NCBI GenBank assembly: GCA_963828165.1
Contig: CAWHDR010000001.1
Coordinates: 2,240,001-2,304,000 of the forward strand
Origin: an uncultured Chloroflexia bacterium
GTDB taxonomy: Bacteria; Chloroflexota; Limnocylindria; Limnocylindrales; CSP1-4
Length of the DNA stretch: 64,000 nt
Direction of reading: 5' to 3'
Below the pieces are notes generated by a model, which saw nothing but the letters and a program-made list of their open reading frames with translations, did no database searches and was not told the origin of the DNA. Shown one piece after another: positions 40,799-51,347 of the stretch; within the stretch, counting starts at the first letter, position 1, and every line of letters starts with the position of its first letter. The position numbers were made by a program, and so were the translations under genes.

Positions 40799-41675
40799 TC
40801 AGGCAAACGAGGTTCCCGTCGTCGGGTCCAGGATCTCGTTGTCGATGAGGCGAGTCGAGCCGAAGCGAACGGCCAGCGAGGCCAGCGCCGGCCGGTCGAC
40901 GCTCGTGAGCTCCTGCAGCGTCATCGCATCGGCGATGGAGACGTACTCGACGTCCACCAACGGCTCTGCTGTCAGCGTCTCGAACATCTGGTCGCGGAGC
41001 CGCTCGGCGTCCCGCTCGCCTGTTCGCCACGCATCGCGCGCCGCCACGAGCGCCCGCCTCAGGACCGGCGCCGCGGCGCGCTCATCCGGGGTCAGGTGCA
41101 CGTTCCGCGACGAGAGCGCCAAGCCGTCCGGCTCGCGGATCGTGGGACACGTCACGACCTCCGTCCCGATCGCGAGGTCGCGCGCCATCTGGCGGATCAC
41201 CATCACCTGCTGCGCGTCCTTCTGGCCGAAATACGCGCGTTCTGCCCCGACCAGGTCGAACAGGATCGCCACGACGGTCGCCACACCGTCGAAATGTCCC
41301 GGCCTCGCCGCGCCCTCCAACGGCAGAGCGACCGCCCCGACCGAAACCGTGGTCGCGAAACCCGGCGGGTAGATCTCCTCCACGTCCGGGCGCGAAGACC
41401 AGGTCGACCCCTTCCGCCTCGCACATCGCCAGGTCGTGCGCCTCGTTACGGGGGTAGCGCGTGAAGTCGGACGCGACGTTGAACTGGCGGGGATTGACGA
41501 AGATCGAGACCACGACCGTCGCGTTCTCGGCGCGCGAAGCCCGCATCAGCGCGCGATGGCCCTCGTGCAGCCAGCCCATCGTCGGCACGAGCCCGACCGG
41601 CCGTGGCGCATCGGCGAGGGCCGCCCGCAGTTCGGCGCGTGTGCGCACGACCGTCGTCTTGGCAACCTCAGTCAT
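40799..41675 (-). CDS. panC: Pantoate--beta-alanine ligase; frameshift near 41388
   Basis: VPTMGWLHEGH, SIFVNPRQF; next frame RPGHFDGV, FGQKDAQQ, REPDGLALSSRN, RLIDN. Confidence 0.92.
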
Positions 41676-41695
41676 CGGTCGTATTCGGGGATCAG

Positions 41696-42613
41696 TCAGA
41701 GATCGCGGTCGAGCGGGATGCCTCCGACCGGGATGCTGCCGCCGGCTCGATCGGACTCCCCTCGGCCCAACGCCTCGTCGAGCACGGCCTCGTCCATGAG
41801 GACGGTCTCGGCCTCACCCGGGAACGTGCCCGCCTCGACGTCTGCGGCATACGCCCGCGCCGCCTCGGCGATCGTCGTCCGCAGCTGCGCGTACGGTCGA
41901 GCGTGCCGCGGCACGAAGTCGCCCAGCCCAAGGAGATCCGTGATGACCTGGACCTGTCCGCTGCAGCCCGGGCCCGCCCCGATGCCGATCGTCGGGATCC
42001 GCAACCGTTCGGTGATCGCGGTCGCCAGCTGCGCAGGCATGAGCTCGAGCACGATCGAGAAGGCCCCTGCCTCCTGGACGGCGAGTGCATCTGCCAGCAG
42101 GGTCCGGGCCTGGGATCGGTCCTTGCCCTGGACCTTGACCTTGCCACCCATGCCGAGCTGCGCCTGTGGCGTCCAGCCGATGTGGCCCATGACCGGGATG
42201 CCGGCCTTGACCATCGCCTCGATGACGCGGGCGGAGCGGACGCCACCTTCGATCTTGACGGCCTGGGCCCCAGCCTCCTGCAGGAAGCGGCCCGCGTTCT
42301 CGAGCGCCTCGTCGACCGTGGAATAGGTCAGGAACGGCATGTCGCCGATCACCATCGCGCGTTGCGAGCCCCGCACGACCGCCTTGGTGTGGTGGAGCAT
42401 CTCGGTCATCGTCACGCGCACGGTGGACTCGTAGCCGAGGAGCACCTGGCCCAGGGAGTCGCCCACCAGCAGCAGCGGGACCCCGGCCTCGTCGAGGATC
42501 TGGGCGGTCGGGTAGTCGTAGGCCGTCAGCATCGGCAGGCGCTGGCCGTCGCCGTAGCGCTTGGCGATGTCAGCGACGGTCAGGCGGCGCGGGGCGTCGG
42601 TCTGAGCGCTCAT
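41696..42613 (-). CDS. panB: 3-methyl-2-oxobutanoate hydroxymethyltransferase
   Basis: MLTAYDY, LLVGDSLG, DMPF, VKIEGG, GHIGWTPQ, IGIGAG. Confidence 0.95.
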   Translation of the reverse strand: MSAQTDAPRRLTVADIAKRYGDGQRLPMLTAYDYPTAQILDEAGVPLLLVGDSLGQVLLGYESTVRVTMTEMLHHTKAVVRGSQRAMVIGDMPFLTYSTVDEALENAGRFLQEAGAQAVKIEGGVRSARVIEAMVKAGIPVMGHIGWTPQAQLGMGGKVKVQGKDRSQARTLLADALAVQEAGAFSIVLELMPAQLATAITERLRIPTIGIGAGPGCSGQVQVITDLLGLGDFVPRHARPYAQLRTTIAEAARAYAADVEAGTFPGEAETVLMDEAVLDEALGRGESDRAGGSIPVGGIPLDRDL

Positions 42614-43968
42614 GGCTTCGAAGTCTGCGCGTCGGCGTCGCGGGCGTCCAGCGCGAGCGCGATGCGGTCCAGCAGCCGGTCGGCCACCTCGCGCTTGCTC
42701 AGCAGCGGCAGGTCGTCGCGCTCGCCGTCGAGGGCGAGGATGCTCACCCGGTTCGTGTCCGTCCCGAACCCGGAACCGGCCTCCGCGACGTCGTTGGCCA
42801 CGAGCAGGTCGACCCCCTTGCGCTTGAGCTTCTCGGCCGCCCGCTCAATCGAACCGGTCTCCGCCGCGAAGCCGACCAGGTAGGGCCGCGGCTCCACGGC
42901 CTGTGCGGTCGCCTCGCCATTGGTGTCGGTGCCGCGCACGATCCGAGCGAGCTGGGCCAGGACGTCGGGCGTCGGCTCGAGCTGGAGCGTGAGCCCGGCG
43001 GCAATGCGCTCGAGCTTCGTTTCGGCGGTGCTCACCGGCCGGAAATCGGCCACGGCTGCAGCCATGACGAGCGCATCGAAGCCGGCGGCGCCGTCGGGTC
43101 GATGGGTGAGGCGCAGCAGGGCCGCCCGCAGCTCGGCGGTCGATTCGACGTGGACGACCTCGGCGTCGTCCGGCAGCGCCACCTCGAGGTTGGCTGCCAC
43201 CACCGTGACCTGCGCGCCGCGCTCCAGGGCCGCCGCGGCGATGGCCGCACCCATCCGACCGGTCGATCGATTGCCGATGAAGCGCACCGGATCGATGGCC
43301 TCGCGCGTGCCGCCGGCGCTCACGACGATGTGACGACCCGCCAGGTCCGTATCGCGAGGGCCGTCGACGACGGGTGGGCGCCGGCTCGGGTCGGGGGCAC
43401 GGACCGGGGTACTGCCGACGGCCGCAACGACCGCATCCACGATCGACGGCAGGTCGGCGAGCCGCCCGACGCCCGACTGCCCCGATGCCAGCTCACCGGC
43501 CGCGGGCTCCACGATCACGTATCCGAACGCATCCCGCAGTCGCGCGACATTCGCCTTCGTCGCCGGGTGGGTCCACATGTCGCCGTCCATCGCCGGCGCG
43601 ACGACCACCGGCGCCCCGGATGCCAGGACCGTCGCCGTCACGACGTCCCCGGCCAGACCGTTGGCCATGGCTCCGAGGAAGTGCGCCGTCGCCGGAGCCA
43701 CCACGATCGCATCGGCGCTGTCCGCGACCACGATGTGCCCGATCCGGCCGTCCGGCAGCAGCTCGAGGATGTCGGTCTCGACCGGATGCCTCGATAGCGC
43801 GGCGAACGTGAGTGGGCCCACGAACCGGGTCGCCGCCGGGCTGAGCATCACCGCGACCTCCGCGCCCTCGGCCCGGAACAGCCGGAGCAGCTCGACCGCC
43901 TTGTACGCGGCGATCGAGCCCGTGACTCCGAGGGCGATGAGCCGGCCGCTGAGGCGCCCCTCCGTCAC
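42610..43968 (-). CDS. coaBC: Bifunctional phosphopantothenoylcysteine decarboxylase/ligase
   Basis: GVTGSIAAYKA, APATA, APAMD, SAGGTREAIDPVRFIGNRSTGRMG, AAVADF, VGFAAET, VANDV. Confidence 0.93.
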   Translation of the reverse strand: MTEGRLSGRLIALGVTGSIAAYKAVELLRLFRAEGAEVAVMLSPAATRFVGPLTFAALSRHPVETDILELLPDGRIGHIVVADSADAIVVAPATAHFLGAMANGLAGDVVTATVLASGAPVVVAPAMDGDMWTHPATKANVARLRDAFGYVIVEPAAGELASGQSGVGRLADLPSIVDAVVAAVGSTPVRAPDPSRRPPVVDGPRDTDLAGRHIVVSAGGTREAIDPVRFIGNRSTGRMGAAIAAAALERGAQVTVVAANLEVALPDDAEVVHVESTAELRAALLRLTHRPDGAAGFDALVMAAAVADFRPVSTAETKLERIAAGLTLQLEPTPDVLAQLARIVRGTDTNGEATAQAVEPRPYLVGFAAETGSIERAAEKLKRKGVDLLVANDVAEAGSGFGTDTNRVSILALDGERDDLPLLSKREVADRLLDRIALALDARDADAQTSKP

Positions 43969-44777
43969 GGCAACCCGAGCTCCAGCCGCTCCCCGCCGGC
44001 GACCTCGGCGTGCAGGATGGCGAGGCCCTTCAACGTGAGATCGGGATCGATGGCGTCGATGCCTTCGAGGTCGGCGGCCCACGGCGCCGCGGACAGCCCG
44101 CCGGTCAGGATGGCCTTGACCTCGCGCGGTTCGACGCCGGCGGCATCCGCGAGCTCCCCCCGGACGCGGCGCAGCAACCCGGTCGTCAGCGCCTGGTAGC
44201 CGAAGATCGTGCCCGATTGCATCGCGCTGATCGTGTCTCGCCCGATCGCCCGGTCGGGGGCGCGCAGTTCGATGCGCGGGAGCTTGGCCGTGCGCGCGGC
44301 GAGGGCCTCGAGCCCGAGCTCCAGGCCCGGGGCGATGGCTCCACCGACATACGCGCCGTCCGTGGCCACGCAGTCGAGCGTGGTCGCCGTCCCGAAATCG
44401 ACCACGACGGCCGGCGTGCCGTACAGCCGCGCTGCGGCCAGGGCATTGACGAGACGATCGGCGCCGACCTCGCCCGGCCGGTCGACGCGAACGGCGAGCG
44501 GCACGATCCCGGCCGCGGCCACGGTCAGCGGCCGCTCGCGCCGGGCGGCGATCGCCTCGACGTGCGCCGTCAGGGCCGGGACCACGGACGCGCAGGCGAT
44601 CGCATCGACGTCGCCGAACGACGCGTCGTCGAGGCGCAGCAGCCCGTCGAGCATAAGGTCGAGCTCGTCGGCCGTGGCCCGCGCTTCGGTGGCGGCACGG
44701 CGGGTCGCGATGAGCCTTCCGCCGCGCAGGAGGCCGATCGAGACGTTCGTGTTCCCGATGTCGATGGCGAGCAACAT
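43965..44777 (-). CDS. coaX: Type III pantothenate kinase
   Basis: LAIDIGNTN, ASVVP, VGADR, VVDFGTATT, GGAIAPG, LTGG, LTLKGL. Confidence 0.93.
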   Translation of the reverse strand: MLLAIDIGNTNVSIGLLRGGRLIATRRAATEARATADELDLMLDGLLRLDDASFGDVDAIACASVVPALTAHVEAIAARRERPLTVAAAGIVPLAVRVDRPGEVGADRLVNALAAARLYGTPAVVVDFGTATTLDCVATDGAYVGGAIAPGLELGLEALAARTAKLPRIELRAPDRAIGRDTISAMQSGTIFGYQALTTGLLRRVRGELADAAGVEPREVKAILTGGLSAAPWAADLEGIDAIDPDLTLKGLAILHAEVAGGERLELGLP

Positions 44778-44895
44778 GGCCGCGATGATACGCGGCGGCC
44801 GATTCGGGGTCGCCGCGGCCCTCACCGTGCGGTACCATCGCCGACGACCGTCGTCCCCCAACGACCACGTCCCAGCGCCCCCGAGGAGACCCCAC

Positions 44896-45330
44896 GTGTC
44901 GACCCCGCCGGCCAAGTTCTTCGTGAACCAGGGCGTCGTGTCAAGCGCGGCCGACATGCTCCACTTGTTGCGCCCCCTGCTCAAGCAGACCGTCAGCTAC
45001 CGGTACCTGCGCGGCCGCGAGGTCGTCTCCCACGGAACGGGCTGGGTCGAGCGCATCGTGACCGACGCGCCGGACACCTCGACGTACTTCACGCCGCTGG
45101 CGATCACCCTGAACATCGATTCCTTCGAGCATCTCGAGTTCGAGACGCGCCCCGACCAGCTGCTCGTCTATGTGCTCGTCCAGGGCGACGAGCGGGTCAT
45201 CGTCGAGTTCGCGCCGATCGGCGCAAGTGGCGAGGATGTCTCGCCGTTCGCCCCGCGTCAGCTCGAGTTCGACACGTCCGATTTCGTCCAGATGGAGCTG
45301 CTCGGCCTCGACGCCCACGAGGACGAATAG
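44896..45330 (+). CDS. Hypothetical protein (acidic, 144 aa)
   Basis: RBS GAGGAG with GTG start, divergent from coaX; high-GC3 codon usage. Confidence 0.65.
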   Translation: MSTPPAKFFVNQGVVSSAADMLHLLRPLLKQTVSYRYLRGREVVSHGTGWVERIVTDAPDTSTYFTPLAITLNIDSFEHLEFETRPDQLLVYVLVQGDERVIVEFAPIGASGEDVSPFAPRQLEFDTSDFVQMELLGLDAHEDE

Positions 45331-45443
45331 CCGATCCGGGACGCCGGCGCGGTGGGACGCCGGCGGAGAGCGAACCATGGCGCGGTCCGAGCCCGCCCAA
45401 CGAGGCTCGGCGCGCGGTCGAGGGCAAGGAGGGAAAGAACCAG

Positions 45444-46853
45444 GTGGACGATGTCCAGAACCGGCCCGTCCCGGAGGGAGGCGGCGGCGCGCTCGCCGAG
45501 TACTTCAAGTTCGCCGAACGTGGGACGAACCTAGCCACCGAGATCAAGGCCGGGGTGACCACGTTCCTGGTCATGGCCTACATCCTGTTCCTGAACCCGG
45601 CCATCCTCTCGAACATGTTCGGCGCTCCGGGCTCGCCCGAGGCGTTGGCGTTCATCCCTGCCGCCGCGGCCGCCACGGCGCTCGTCGCGGGCGTCGTGAC
45701 GATCGGGATGGGCCTCATCGCGAACACGCCGCTCGCCCTGGCGGCCGGCCTTGGCATCAACGGTGCCGTGGCCTTCGGGCTCGTCCTGACCCAGGGCCTG
45801 ACTCCGGCCGGGGCCATGGGCGTCATCGTCCTCGAGGGCCTCATCGTCACCGTCCTCGTGCTGGTCGGCCTGCGCGAGGCGATCATGCGAGCCGTCCCGA
45901 TGGCCCTCAAGCGCGCGATCGGCGTCGGGATCGGCCTGTTCATCCTGTTCATCGGCTTCATCGACGCCGGGATCATCGTCAAGACCGGCGGCTCGTCGGC
46001 CGAGAACCCGGTGCCGGTCACCTTCGTGTACCCCACCGAACCCGTGCACTTCCTGTTCTGGCTCGGCCTGCTGATCACCGTCGTCCTGTGGGCGCGGAAG
46101 GTGCCGGCGGCCCTGCTGATCAGCATCCTCGTGACGACGGCCATCGCCCTTGCGGTCGGCATCCAGCCACTGCCGACCTCGTTCGTGGCCACGCCCGACT
46201 TCTCGACGCTCGGGGACTTCGACCTGACGAATGTCTTCGTGGTCCTTGGCGGTCTGGCCGCCGCACTGACGATCTTCAGCTTCATGCTGACCGACTTCTT
46301 CGACACGATGGGCACGGCCACCGCGATCAGCGAGCAGGCCGGTCTCGTCGACGAGGGGGGCCAACCGGAAAACGTCGGTCGGATCCTGCTGGTCGACTCC
46401 GTCGCGGCTGTCGCCGGTGGCGCGGCCGGCATCAGCTCGAACACGAGCTACATCGAGAGTGCCGCTGGCGTCGCTGAAGGGGGCCGGACCGGCTTCACGT
46501 CGGTCGTCACCGGCGTGCTCTTCCTGGCCGCGATCCTGCTGACGCCGCTGGCCGTGCTCGTGCCGTACGTCGCGACCGGGCCGGTCCTGGTCTTCGTCGG
46601 GTTCCTCATGATCGGCTTGATCAAAGACATCGACTTCAGTGATATCGAGGAAGGCTTCCCGGCACTGCTCGGGCTCATCCTCATGCCCCTGACCTTCAGC
46701 ATCACGGTCGGCATCGGGGCGGCATTCGTGGCGTATGTCGTCGTGAAGCTCGCGAAGGGCAAGATCGGTGAAATTCATCCGCTGATGTGGGCGGTCGCGG
46801 TCGCCTTCGTCATCTACTTCATGCAGAACTGGCTCAACGCCACCGTCATCTGA
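45444..46853 (+). CDS. NCS2/AzgA family purine permease
   Basis: TEIKAGVTTFLVMAYILFLNP, DFFDTMGT, TSYIESAAGVAEGGRTG, MPLTFSI. Confidence 0.92.
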   Translation: MDDVQNRPVPEGGGGALAEYFKFAERGTNLATEIKAGVTTFLVMAYILFLNPAILSNMFGAPGSPEALAFIPAAAAATALVAGVVTIGMGLIANTPLALAAGLGINGAVAFGLVLTQGLTPAGAMGVIVLEGLIVTVLVLVGLREAIMRAVPMALKRAIGVGIGLFILFIGFIDAGIIVKTGGSSAENPVPVTFVYPTEPVHFLFWLGLLITVVLWARKVPAALLISILVTTAIALAVGIQPLPTSFVATPDFSTLGDFDLTNVFVVLGGLAAALTIFSFMLTDFFDTMGTATAISEQAGLVDEGGQPENVGRILLVDSVAAVAGGAAGISSNTSYIESAAGVAEGGRTGFTSVVTGVLFLAAILLTPLAVLVPYVATGPVLVFVGFLMIGLIKDIDFSDIEEGFPALLGLILMPLTFSITVGIGAAFVAYVVVKLAKGKIGEIHPLMWAVAVAFVIYFMQNWLNATVI

Positions 46854-46869
46854 CAGGCGCGCACGTCTT

Positions 46870-46902
46870 GGGCGCCCCGGCCGGCCGGCCGGGGCGCCCT
46901 TC
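46870..46902. terminator. Perfect 30-bp GC palindrome / terminator-like hairpin
   Basis: GGGCGCCCCGGCCGGCCGGCCGGGGCGCCC immediately after the permease stop. Confidence 0.55.
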
Positions 46903-46925
46903 GCGTTCCTGTACCATCGGCCGCG

Positions 46926-48194
46926 ATGTTCGAACGGACCGCGCTGCCCTCGGGGCCGCGCGTGATCAGCTCCCGGGTGCCCGGGGCGCGTTCGGTCTCC
47001 ATCGCGGCATACGTCCTGGCCGGCTCGCGCCTGGAATCCGCGGCCGAGACCGGCGTCGCCCACTTCATGGAGCACATCACGTTCAAGGGCACGCGGGCCT
47101 ACCCATCGACGCGCTCGATCAGCGAGGCGATCGAAGGTGTCGGTGGCTCGTTCAACGCCTCGACCGACCGGGAATCGACCGTCTACTGGGTTCGCGTCCC
47201 GCGTCGCGAGGCGCCGCGGGCGGTCGATGTCCTCGGGGAGCTCATCGTCCGACCCCTGCTCGACGCGGAGGAGATCGAGGGCGAGCGCTCGGTGATCATC
47301 GAGGAGATCCGCTCGTACCAGGACGACCCAGCCGAGTACGCGCAGATCCTGTTCCAGACCGCGCTGTTCGGCGATGGCCCGCTGGGTCGGGAGATCTGCG
47401 GGGACGAGACCGGCATCCGGGCGCTCCCCGACACGACCATCCGCGACTTCTGGCGAACGACGTACCGCCCGGCCAACACCGTGATCGCGGTGGCCGGCGA
47501 TATCGCGCATGCGGAGGCCGTCGAGCTCGCCGCCGCGGCGTTCGGCACGGGCAACGGGAAGATCCCGGACTACGACCCCGCCCCGCTGTTGCCCGCCGGC
47601 GAGCGCTCCCGACTCGGCAAGCGCCAGACCTCGCAGGCGCAGCTCGTCATCGGGCTCCCGGCGTTGCGTCGCGACCATGCCGACAGCTGGATCCTGGCAC
47701 TCCTGAACGCGATCCTCGGCGACGGCATGAGCAGCCGCCTGTTCCTGTCGGTGCGCGAGGAACGCGGGCTCGCCTACGACATCGGGTCGGGCATCGTCGA
47801 TTACGCGGATGCCGGGTCCATCGAGATCTCCGCGGGCGTCGACCCGGCCGGGCTGCGCGATGCGCTCGCGGCCATCCTCGACGAGCTCGTCCGGCTCCGT
47901 GACGAGCTCGTCCCGCCCGAGGAGCTGGACAAGGCCCGGCGCTACCTGTCAGGTGGTCTCGAGCTGCGCATGGACGAGACCCGCCATGTCGCGTCCTGGA
48001 TCGGTGGCCAGGAGGCGCTCCACGATCGGGTGCTGACCCTCGAGGAGGCGCTCGCCGAGTTCGAGGCGGTCACGGCGGAGGACATCGCGAGGGTCGCGGG
48101 CGAACTGATCCGCGACGACGGCCTGCGACTTGCCGCGGTGGCGCCGGCGCGTTACCTGCGTGGGCTCGAGAAGCACCTGCGGCTACCGTCCTGA
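46926..48194 (+). CDS. M16 (pitrilysin) family Zn peptidase
   Basis: GVAHFMEHITFKGT (HxxEH), FNAST, GDGMSSRLF..VREERGLAY. Confidence 0.93.
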   Translation: MFERTALPSGPRVISSRVPGARSVSIAAYVLAGSRLESAAETGVAHFMEHITFKGTRAYPSTRSISEAIEGVGGSFNASTDRESTVYWVRVPRREAPRAVDVLGELIVRPLLDAEEIEGERSVIIEEIRSYQDDPAEYAQILFQTALFGDGPLGREICGDETGIRALPDTTIRDFWRTTYRPANTVIAVAGDIAHAEAVELAAAAFGTGNGKIPDYDPAPLLPAGERSRLGKRQTSQAQLVIGLPALRRDHADSWILALLNAILGDGMSSRLFLSVREERGLAYDIGSGIVDYADAGSIEISAGVDPAGLRDALAAILDELVRLRDELVPPEELDKARRYLSGGLELRMDETRHVASWIGGQEALHDRVLTLEEALAEFEAVTAEDIARVAGELIRDDGLRLAAVAPARYLRGLEKHLRLPS

Positions 48195-49294
48195 TGAGCG
48201 TGGCAGAGGACGGCGGCGTCGCGACCCGCGGTTCGGACCTCGCCCTGGCACGGCTGCACCTGCGACTGGGGTCGCTGGCCCTGGCACGCGCCGAGCTCGA
48301 GACCCTGGCCGGTCGGGACGCGCTCGACCGGGACGGACTCGTCGACCTCGCCGAGGCTCGCTGGCGCACGGGCGACATCGCCGGCGCCGGAGAAGCCGCC
48401 GTGGCCGCCCTGGACGACGAGGACGGTCCACTCCTCGCGCTCGTGGTCGCCGCGGAGGCGGCCGCCGCACGCGGCCGCCCGACGGAGGCCCGGCGCCTCG
48501 CGGATCGGGCGATGGAGGTCGCGGACGGCTCGATCGACGTGTTGTTCGCGGGCATGCCGCGCGCTGGCGTCTGGCCGCCCGATGCCGCGGCGCCGCCGCC
48601 GTCGCCGACGACCATGTTCGACCCTCCGCGCCGCGTCTCATCGGTCGTGCACCGTCATCCGCGGCCGCACGACGAGGGAGCGGCCGTAGAGGTGCCTGCG
48701 CCCGGCGCGGTGGGCGAGACTCCCGCCGGCCCGAGCGCCGACGCGGACGCCGCGACCATCGGCCTGTGGGAGGCCACGGTCGCGACGCATGACCCCGATC
48801 CCGTCCCCGATCTGACCGCCGATGTAGAAGCGCGCGATGAGATCGACGCCCTCAACGACCAGCCGACGGGCGAAACGGAGCTGGATCTCGGGCGTGCGGC
48901 GCTCGAAGCGGGCGACGCGGACGAGGCGGCCGTCCGGCTCGGGCTCGTGCTCCGGGTCGCGCCCGCCCTCGCGCCCGCGGTCCTCGACCTGGTCGAGGGC
49001 CGGACGGAGCGAGGGATGGCCCTCGTCCGGGGAGATGCGTACCGACTTGTCGGGCGCGAGATCGAGGCCCGTCGCGCCTTCGCCGAGGCGGCCAGCGGGG
49101 GGTGGTGGCCACCGTCCGCCCCAGATCACGAGCCCGATACGCGCCGAGATGAGCCCAGCCACCCTGCGGGACCGTCTGCCGAGGCGGGAACGGCACTGCA
49201 GGCCGACGAGCACCGGGCTCCGGCAGCCGAGCCGCCCGAGGACGTTCCGTACGACCCATCCACTGACCCACCCACCCAAGGAGACCCTGCGTGA
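48194..49294 (+). CDS. Hypothetical alpha-helical/TPR-like protein
   Basis: Ala/Leu-rich helical repeats (LAEARWRTGD, RGDAYRLVGR); translationally coupled to neighbours. Confidence 0.55.
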   Translation: MSVAEDGGVATRGSDLALARLHLRLGSLALARAELETLAGRDALDRDGLVDLAEARWRTGDIAGAGEAAVAALDDEDGPLLALVVAAEAAAARGRPTEARRLADRAMEVADGSIDVLFAGMPRAGVWPPDAAAPPPSPTTMFDPPRRVSSVVHRHPRPHDEGAAVEVPAPGAVGETPAGPSADADAATIGLWEATVATHDPDPVPDLTADVEARDEIDALNDQPTGETELDLGRAALEAGDADEAAVRLGLVLRVAPALAPAVLDLVEGRTERGMALVRGDAYRLVGREIEARRAFAEAASGGWWPPSAPDHEPDTRRDEPSHPAGPSAEAGTALQADEHRAPAAEPPEDVPYDPSTDPPTQGDPA

Positions 49295-49752
49295 CCGAAC
49301 GAACCCTTGTCCTCGTCAAGCCCGACGGCGTGCAGCGCCAGCTGACCGGCCGGATCCTGGCCCGGTACGAGGAGCGTGGCCTCAAGGTCGTCGGCCTCAA
49401 GCTCGTCCAGGTCGAGCGCGACCTCGCGGAACGCCACTACGCGGCGCATCGCGAGAAGCCGTTCTTCGCCGGCCTGGTCGAGTTCATCACGTCCGCGCCG
49501 CTCGTCGCCCTCGCCCTCGAGGGACCGAACGCGATCGCGGTGGTCCGTGCGATCAACGGCGCGACGCGCCCGCACGAGGCGGCGCCCGGGACGATCCGCG
49601 GGGATTTCGCGCTCGAGACCGCGCAGAACATCGTCCACGCGTCCGACGGCCTCGAAGCGGCCGAGACCGAGCTCGCGCTGTGGTTCGCGCCCGGGGAGCT
49701 GTTCGACTACGAGCGAGACATCGATCGCTGGGTCCTGGCGCCGGAGGAGTAG
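49291..49752 (+). CDS. ndk: Nucleoside-diphosphate kinase
   Basis: ERTLVLVKPDGV, PGTIRGDF, NIVHASD. Confidence 0.96.
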   Translation: MTERTLVLVKPDGVQRQLTGRILARYEERGLKVVGLKLVQVERDLAERHYAAHREKPFFAGLVEFITSAPLVALALEGPNAIAVVRAINGATRPHEAAPGTIRGDFALETAQNIVHASDGLEAAETELALWFAPGELFDYERDIDRWVLAPEE

Positions 49753-49759
49753 GCCTCGG

Positions 49760-51334
49760 TCAGGGCGAGGGAGCTCCGCTGGGCTCGTCGTCCGAGGGCG
49801 GGGCCGATGGCGCTTCGCTGGGCTCACCGTCGGCGGGTGGCGCCGACGGCGCATCCGACTCGATCGGCTGCTGGGGTTCTTCAGGGGCGAACGACTCGCG
49901 GCTTACGTCGAGCGTGGGCGGCAGGCCTGCAGCCGCGCTTGACGCGCCGAACGCCCCGAACGACACGGCCAGCGCCAGGATGGCCAGGAGCGCCGCACCT
50001 CCCGTGGCGGTCACGCCCAGGTTGTCCGACCAGGTCCGGCCCAGCCAGCTTCGGATGTCGGTGAGATCCACCGGGGACACGATCGGACGGGGGCCCATGC
50101 CGCGGGCGGGACCGCCCTCGGGCCGCCCGACACCGACCGCGAACAGCCGCCCGTAATACAGGAGCGGCGACAGGGCGCCAAGCATCACGAGCGCGCCAAG
50201 CGGTCCCTCGATCGCAAGCCCGATGATCGCCCCACGGGCGTCGAACGCCGCCAGTCCCGGCACGCCGACGCTGGCCACGACGACCATCGCCAGGATCACG
50301 CCGAGCACGGGCGACCGGATCGCCCACCCGCGCAGGTCCTCGACCCTGCCCGTGAAGAACACCGAACGAGTTGCGGCGGCCCACGCGGCGAAGGCGCTCC
50401 GGGCGACGACGAACGCCAGGATCCAGGTGCGTGCGGGCGCCCAGGCCGCCGGATCGAGCGCGGCGATCGCGAGCAGTACGACGCCGGCGTCGCCGATGAT
50501 CGCGTAGCCGACGATGTGCTCGATGTCGTCCTGGATCAGCGCCGCCACGGATGCGAGCACGATCGAGGCGATCGCGATGGCGAGCACGACGAACCGAACG
50601 GCATCGAGATCCACGAGCAGCGGTGCGATGGACGCATCGGCCCACGCCAGGGCCACGACCGCGAAGGCGGCCGGCGCCCATGCCGTCACGAGCGGGAGCG
50701 AGGATTCCGGCACGTTGTCGGTCAGTGGCGCGGCCCAGGTATGGAGCGGGATGGCTCCGAACCGGATCGCGACCGCGATGGCGAACGCGAGGTAGGCAAG
50801 ACCGAAGACCACCGGCTGGGCGGCGAGATCGGTCAGGTCGCGTCCGATCCACGCGGTGGCCGCCACGGCCATCGTGCCGGCGACGACCGTCGCCCGCAGG
50901 ACGCGGGTCCCGACGGTCGCGCCCACGCGGCCGCCGATCGGAGCGAGCGTCACGAGTGCGCCGAAGCCCCCGCCGGCCGTCGCCGCGAGGACGGCGAGCC
51001 GGGCGTCGGGCAATGACAGGGCCAGGGCCGATGTCGCGAGCACCCCGAGCGTCACGGCCGCCGCGTCCCGCCGGCTGCCGACCGCCTGGCCCACCACGGC
51101 GAGTAACAGTCCGACTGCAGCCCCGAGGACGAGGAACAGACGGAGATACTCGGTGGTCGCGATCCCGGCTCCACCGATGGCGACGCTCTGACCCGGACTG
51201 ATCGCGAGGGCCGTCACCCCGGCCCCGATGAGGCCGGTGACGGCGATGGCGGTCGCGACCCGTTCGTTGCCCCGCAGCAGCAACGCCAGCACCGCCCCGA
51301 CGGTCGTGACCAGCACGAAGGGGAGGAGGCTCAT
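49760..51334 (-). CDS. Proton-conducting membrane transporter subunit (NuoN/MrpD-like, divergent)
   Basis: Many TMs; RFGAIPLHTW, ALIQDDIEHIVGY, DLRG, SVGVPGLAAF. Confidence 0.65.
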   Translation of the reverse strand: MSLLPFVLVTTVGAVLALLLRGNERVATAIAVTGLIGAGVTALAISPGQSVAIGGAGIATTEYLRLFLVLGAAVGLLLAVVGQAVGSRRDAAAVTLGVLATSALALSLPDARLAVLAATAGGGFGALVTLAPIGGRVGATVGTRVLRATVVAGTMAVAATAWIGRDLTDLAAQPVVFGLAYLAFAIAVAIRFGAIPLHTWAAPLTDNVPESSLPLVTAWAPAAFAVVALAWADASIAPLLVDLDAVRFVVLAIAIASIVLASVAALIQDDIEHIVGYAIIGDAGVVLLAIAALDPAAWAPARTWILAFVVARSAFAAWAAATRSVFFTGRVEDLRGWAIRSPVLGVILAMVVVASVGVPGLAAFDARGAIIGLAIEGPLGALVMLGALSPLLYYGRLFAVGVGRPEGGPARGMGPRPIVSPVDLTDIRSWLGRTWSDNLGVTATGGAALLAILALAVSFGAFGASSAAAGLPPTLDVSRESFAPEEPQQPIESDAPSAPPADGEPSEAPSAPPSDDEPSGAPSP

Positions 51335-51347
51335 CTGGCGTCTGCGG